DNA from: Amoebidium appalachense | Lineage: Eukaryota; Protista; Ichthyosporea | DNA length: 64,000 nucleotides | Direction: 5' to 3' | NCBI GenBank assembly: GCA_963693365.1 | Contig: CAVNZM010000001.1 | Location: 16,239,840 to 16,303,839, forward strand | Shown: piece by piece, positions 23,378 through 64,000 of the stretch | Numbering within the stretch: position 1 is the stretch's first letter | Layout of the letters: the number at the start of each line of letters is the position of its first letter | Made by a program: the position numbers and the translations under genes | The notes under the pieces: model-generated | What the model saw: only the letters and a program-made list of their open reading frames with translations | What the model was told of the DNA's origin: nothing | Databases searched by the model: none

Positions 23378-23514
23378 AATCATACCCGGTGACCTCCCAA
23401 TAGTCTTGGTCCTAGTTAGGAGAACTCAGTTGGGGGGGGTCCGACGTGGAGGTAATTGGGAGGTAATCATACCCGGTGACCTCTCAATAGTCTTGGTCCT
23501 AGTTAGGAGAACTC
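23378..23514. repeat. 50-bp direct repeat pair with a 37-bp spacer
   Basis: AATCATACCCGGTGACCTCYCAATAGTCTTGGTCCTAGTTAGGAGAACTC at 23378-23427 and 23465-23514, one mismatch. Confidence 0.9.
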
Positions 23515-23791
23515 CTACGTTGTACACAGGCGCGCAAACACCTAGTTTTGCTGGATCTGTCCGGATTCCCAGCACCTTTTTTATTCGGTGGTAACTAGCG
23601 CACCTACATACACCACAACGGCGTCGCAGTGGTGCGAATCACTTGGGGTGCACGAGCTCTGGATCACCTTCTATAGCCCATTTTGAGACTGTCGTTTCGT
23701 TTTTATTGAATAAACGGGGTGGTCGCGTGTGTTTTATCGCTTTCCACACTTTTGTTGCTTAGCGGCAGTAGTTGCCCCGATTATTTCCACC

Positions 23792-33919
<10,128 letters not shown>

Positions 33920-34863
33920 GCGGAAGTATGAACACGCACAGACCTTAATGGGGAATTCGTGAGAGTACAGTAAGGGCAAGGTCACTTAAGATGGGTACTT
34001 TACTCACAGCCAATTAGATATTTAGATAAGTAAAAGGTATGCAAATCGGCTATAGCGCTAGGTATACCAGCCTTTTGATAATTTTCATAATGTAAGGTCT
34101 AGATGAATTTATATCTTTAGTCCTTAGTCGGTCGGGTTGGCAGCACCTTGAAATAGGCGTTATAGGGGTTGATGTACTTCAAATCTTCACCCTCCATAAT
34201 CATATATAGATATAAGCACTCGTTCTGTGTCTGTACTATGAGCTGCCTATTGGCAATTAAAATACTATTAGAACACAACGTGTTGTCCATAGCTAGACAT
34301 TTTATTTCAGGTGGAATACCGTGGGCCGGCACATTTTTGGGAAAGTTTGCACTATGTAGTGTTGTGAAATAAATTAGTTTGCTAAATGTGGTAGGCGAGT
34401 GTGGCTATTGTGCATGTGGTAAAGAAAGCTTAAGGCTGAATATATTTGGATGTAAAAGCCATAGTGGAATGTAAAGGGCGTGACTAACATATTGAGTTGT
34501 GTGCGTATACGTACTCGTGTTGTACGTATTAATATTACTAATGACTCATACAAAGAAAAACAAACATCACATGAATTGAGAACTTATACTTCAGCGATTC
34601 CACTGCTCACAGTTTTGAAAATCATGGCCACACATGCACACACACACACACGTCGACACACACACACACACGAACACACACACACCGTGTGTCCGTGACA
34701 TGTAATTGCAAACCCTTTGCTTGCTTAATGCATCTTTATGTATTGTAAGTGAGTGCAGGTCAACTGACGTGCCTGGGAATTAGAAGACAATTATATATAT
34801 CCGACTTGTGTACAACAGTTCATAATATGCAAATTGAATGCGCAAGCTTACTTTTCTCTCTAG

Positions 34864-34901
<38 letters not shown>

Positions 34902-34904
34902 CAA

Positions 34905-34980
<76 letters not shown>

Positions 34981-35158
34981 GAGGGGGAGCCGCACACGAG
35001 TGCACACATGTGGAGGGAGAGAAGGGGGAGGGGCAGGGGGAGGGTGGAGGGAAGGGGAGAACAGAAAATACATGGGTGATGTGCGTGCGTGCATGCGCGG
35101 TGGTGGTGGTGGCGGTAGTGGTGGTTGGGTGGGTGGGTGGGTGGGTGGGTGGGTGGGT

Positions 35159-35196
<38 letters not shown>

Positions 35197-35645
35197 GGGT
35201 TGCATGATCGAGACATCATACGTCATACGACTGGGAAACTATCGCTTACCGAGTGATATGTTTCGTGCAGATATCTTCCCTTTACTTGTACAGCCACAAG
35301 TTTGCGAGTTTTTTTTTTTTTTTTTTGCTTCGTTCTACCATTCGAAATCTCGGAATACGTTTTAACAAAGGGATAAACAAAACCAATAGCAATAAAGGAT
35401 TCTGCTACAAATTCTATTATCCAACAAAAGGGAAGATGTATGTGCACACACAGATACGTAATTTCAACCCAATCACATACCTCATTTGCAAATGTGAAAG
35501 CGTTCATATAGATGTGCCTTATGATTCAGACACCGTACAGAAACCATCTCACACATCACAACTCCATTTCATTCATGCAAAAATCTCAATAACTATTCAC
35601 ACACACACACACACACCCTATCTACACAAGAAAACACAACAAAAA

Positions 35646-53923
<18,278 letters not shown>

Positions 53924-55320
53924 CTTCGCTCACAACTCTCTTCCCCTTCTCATGGTTTAGGTTCCCACAGGTTTCAATCAACCACCTGCCTTCCCTCCCC
54001 ACTCGATCCCTTATCTCGCCTTCTCTCCCAAACTCAATCTTTCACAACCAAATAATGAAGATCGCTTTTTCGTATGGAATGTATAACAGAAAAGCGTTTT
54101 ACATTGATGGCCCGATATCGGAGGGCAGCAAAAGTGTTTTTTCGTAACTAGTATTAGATCTGATCACCTCTACTCAGCATGCACTGCATACACGCTATGA
54201 ATTTGTAGCAATAGCTTGTTTCCATGTAGGGGGGAAGGCGGGAGCCAAAAAACACCCTTCGAATCATAACCTGATTAGTTTTCCCTTCTTTTGCCCCACT
54301 CTCAAGCCTCCTCTAGAGGCGATACTGTAATCCTGCAGGGAGCTAAAGAAAACCTTTCTGTTCACGTTTTGCGAAGTTGTGAACACACTGGTGACTGGCG
54401 CTGCTGGCAGTGGCATGACTCACGGCCACACGCGCCCCTCAGATCGCAACTTGCTTTCCAATCAGATTTCGAGAACAATAAGCGTATATGGTAAGACCAG
54501 TGCCTGTATTACGTCACAGTGGCTCATGGCCTGTTGCATGTTGCGCATGGCAGGTGAAACCAATCACTTGCTTACAGCGGGATCTGGCATGAGAAGCCAT
54601 GAAAACGCAGTAATAGGTTGCACATTTCCGCTTTTTGGAACAATTTGCACGATTTGATCGCAAAAATTTGCTGAACAGCGAGGTAATCTGATTGGTCTAT
54701 ACTAGGGTTGTTTTATTGCATAGTATACAGTGTACATAAGTCACTAGCTGCATTTGATTGGCTGCGCTGGAAAAAATGCAGTAGGCCGTCAAGTGAGGCT
54801 GGGCCCCTCACCATTTCCGCAGCAATACAAAGTGCATAAACCCCTTGGACCTAATAACTCTGGAATTTTGAAAAGGGACCAGCTTGACCTCAGTGAGTCA
54901 GTGAGCAGCAAACGTAAAACATCGTGCTATACCTATTTGTACAAATCCTTACATCTCGTTCCCGATCTATGAACATAGCCTACGCTGTCAATGGACAACC
55001 ATATATCCCTCTGATATCACAGTATTTTCTCCATTCATAGTTGGTTCGTTTGGGTCGTTACCGACCATTGGCCATCATTGCCGATCTGTTACGGAATTTC
55101 AGCCACAGAAAAGTCCAGACAACCCGTTGGTTCCCTGAGAAGGGAGTGCTTTCAGGTAGACGTAAAAGGAAGGGTTTATTATACAACTACCATAGTTGAT
55201 TAGGGGCTGCACAGCGCTCCTGCCTGAAGCGCACGGGTGAGTGATCCGTTCGCACTTCTGTTTACCTTATACTTGCTTGCTTGATCCACTGCCAGATTCA
55301 ACCTCGGAACCTGCAAGTGC
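53924..55320. promoter_or_regulatory. Putative bidirectional promoter between the kinase and ChAPs genes
   Basis: Divergent genes; a microsatellite-free island with several CCAAT/ATTGG boxes. Confidence 0.5.
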
Positions 55321-55990
55321 TATGGAGGCAGACACATAGCAGGGTAATTATGGAAGATTGGTAGATAGGGCCTAAGGGGTTTGAGGGAGGTGCATGCTTC
55401 TAATGCTTCCCTTTGCTTTGGGGGCTTTCAGGGATTGCTTTTTTTTTTTTTGGAAGAGGAGTCAAGGCTTGGTAGGGGCACCGGAGGACGTGAAGAGAGA
55501 GGGGCAGGGGGGTGGGAGGAGGGGGGTACGAAGCCTTGGGGCTGCAGGTTCGGGAGCTTTTGACAGAAGAATCTTAAAGATGGGATTAGAGGAAGATCAC
55601 GTGAAGATTTGGAATTGTGCTGTTTTTGAGCCAAACACCGCAAGAGGATAATGAGGCGTAGTTGTGTTTCTATCCGCAAGGGGGCTTGTGTGGAAGTGAG
55701 AAATTGAGGTAGATACACACCACACACCTAACTGTAGAAACACTTTCCGGCTCTCTGTTTTTTTATGTACACCTGCTCTGATACTCCCGCCGTCGTCAAG
55801 CGCTTTCCTTCCCTTCTTCCCGCCCTTTCCCCTCTTCGTGTCTTTCTTGTGCTCCCGGTCACCCTGTCGGACAGCCCTTTTTTCGAGCTCAATACCAGTT
55901 AAATCAACTGAGGGCTCTTCATTTTAATGTTGTGCAAATGTATTTGTGTTTTATAAGCACTGACAGAACATGTTCTTTTTTGCAGTCACT

Positions 55991-63968
<7,978 letters not shown>

Positions 63969-64000
63969 GTGCGTTCGAACAGGGGGGGTATGTGTGTGAC

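Overview
Eukaryotic, intron-rich genomic DNA (standard code, GT-AG introns) saturated with poly(C)/poly(G) runs and (CA)n/(GT)n microsatellites. Almost all ORFs in the supplied track are artefacts of these repeats. By reading splice junctions by hand I assembled seven spliced genes: mitochondrial acyl carrier protein (-, partial), a Pro/Gln-rich SH2-domain protein (+), RPS25 (-), RPL44/eL42 (+), a pectinacetylesterase/Notum-family hydrolase (+), a 21-exon BRSK/SAD-type kinase (-) and a ChAPs (Bch1/Bud7, exomer) protein (+, partial). Six of them form three head-to-head pairs. SH2 plus BRSK plus ChAP suggests a unicellular holozoan such as an ichthyosporean (inference). The most striking non-gene signal is a dispersed retroelement-like family of about 27 copies or fragments in several subfamilies. 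Copies have variable 5' ends and a near-fixed 3' end (GCATTCAAA) running into poly(C), are often stacked in tandem, and are always intronic and on the host sense strand. They carry a ~160-nt RNA fold with a pseudoknot whose pairings are conserved through compensatory changes; it is a candidate ribozyme or RT-recognition element of a Penelope-like, C-run-targeting retrotransposon. There are also three non-autonomous DNA transposons (piggyBac-like, Tc1/pogo-like, TGTCA-ended), many acceptors preceded by CA repeats instead of polypyrimidine tracts, and a BRSK kinase lacking the activation-loop threonine. All calls are by eye, without database searches.
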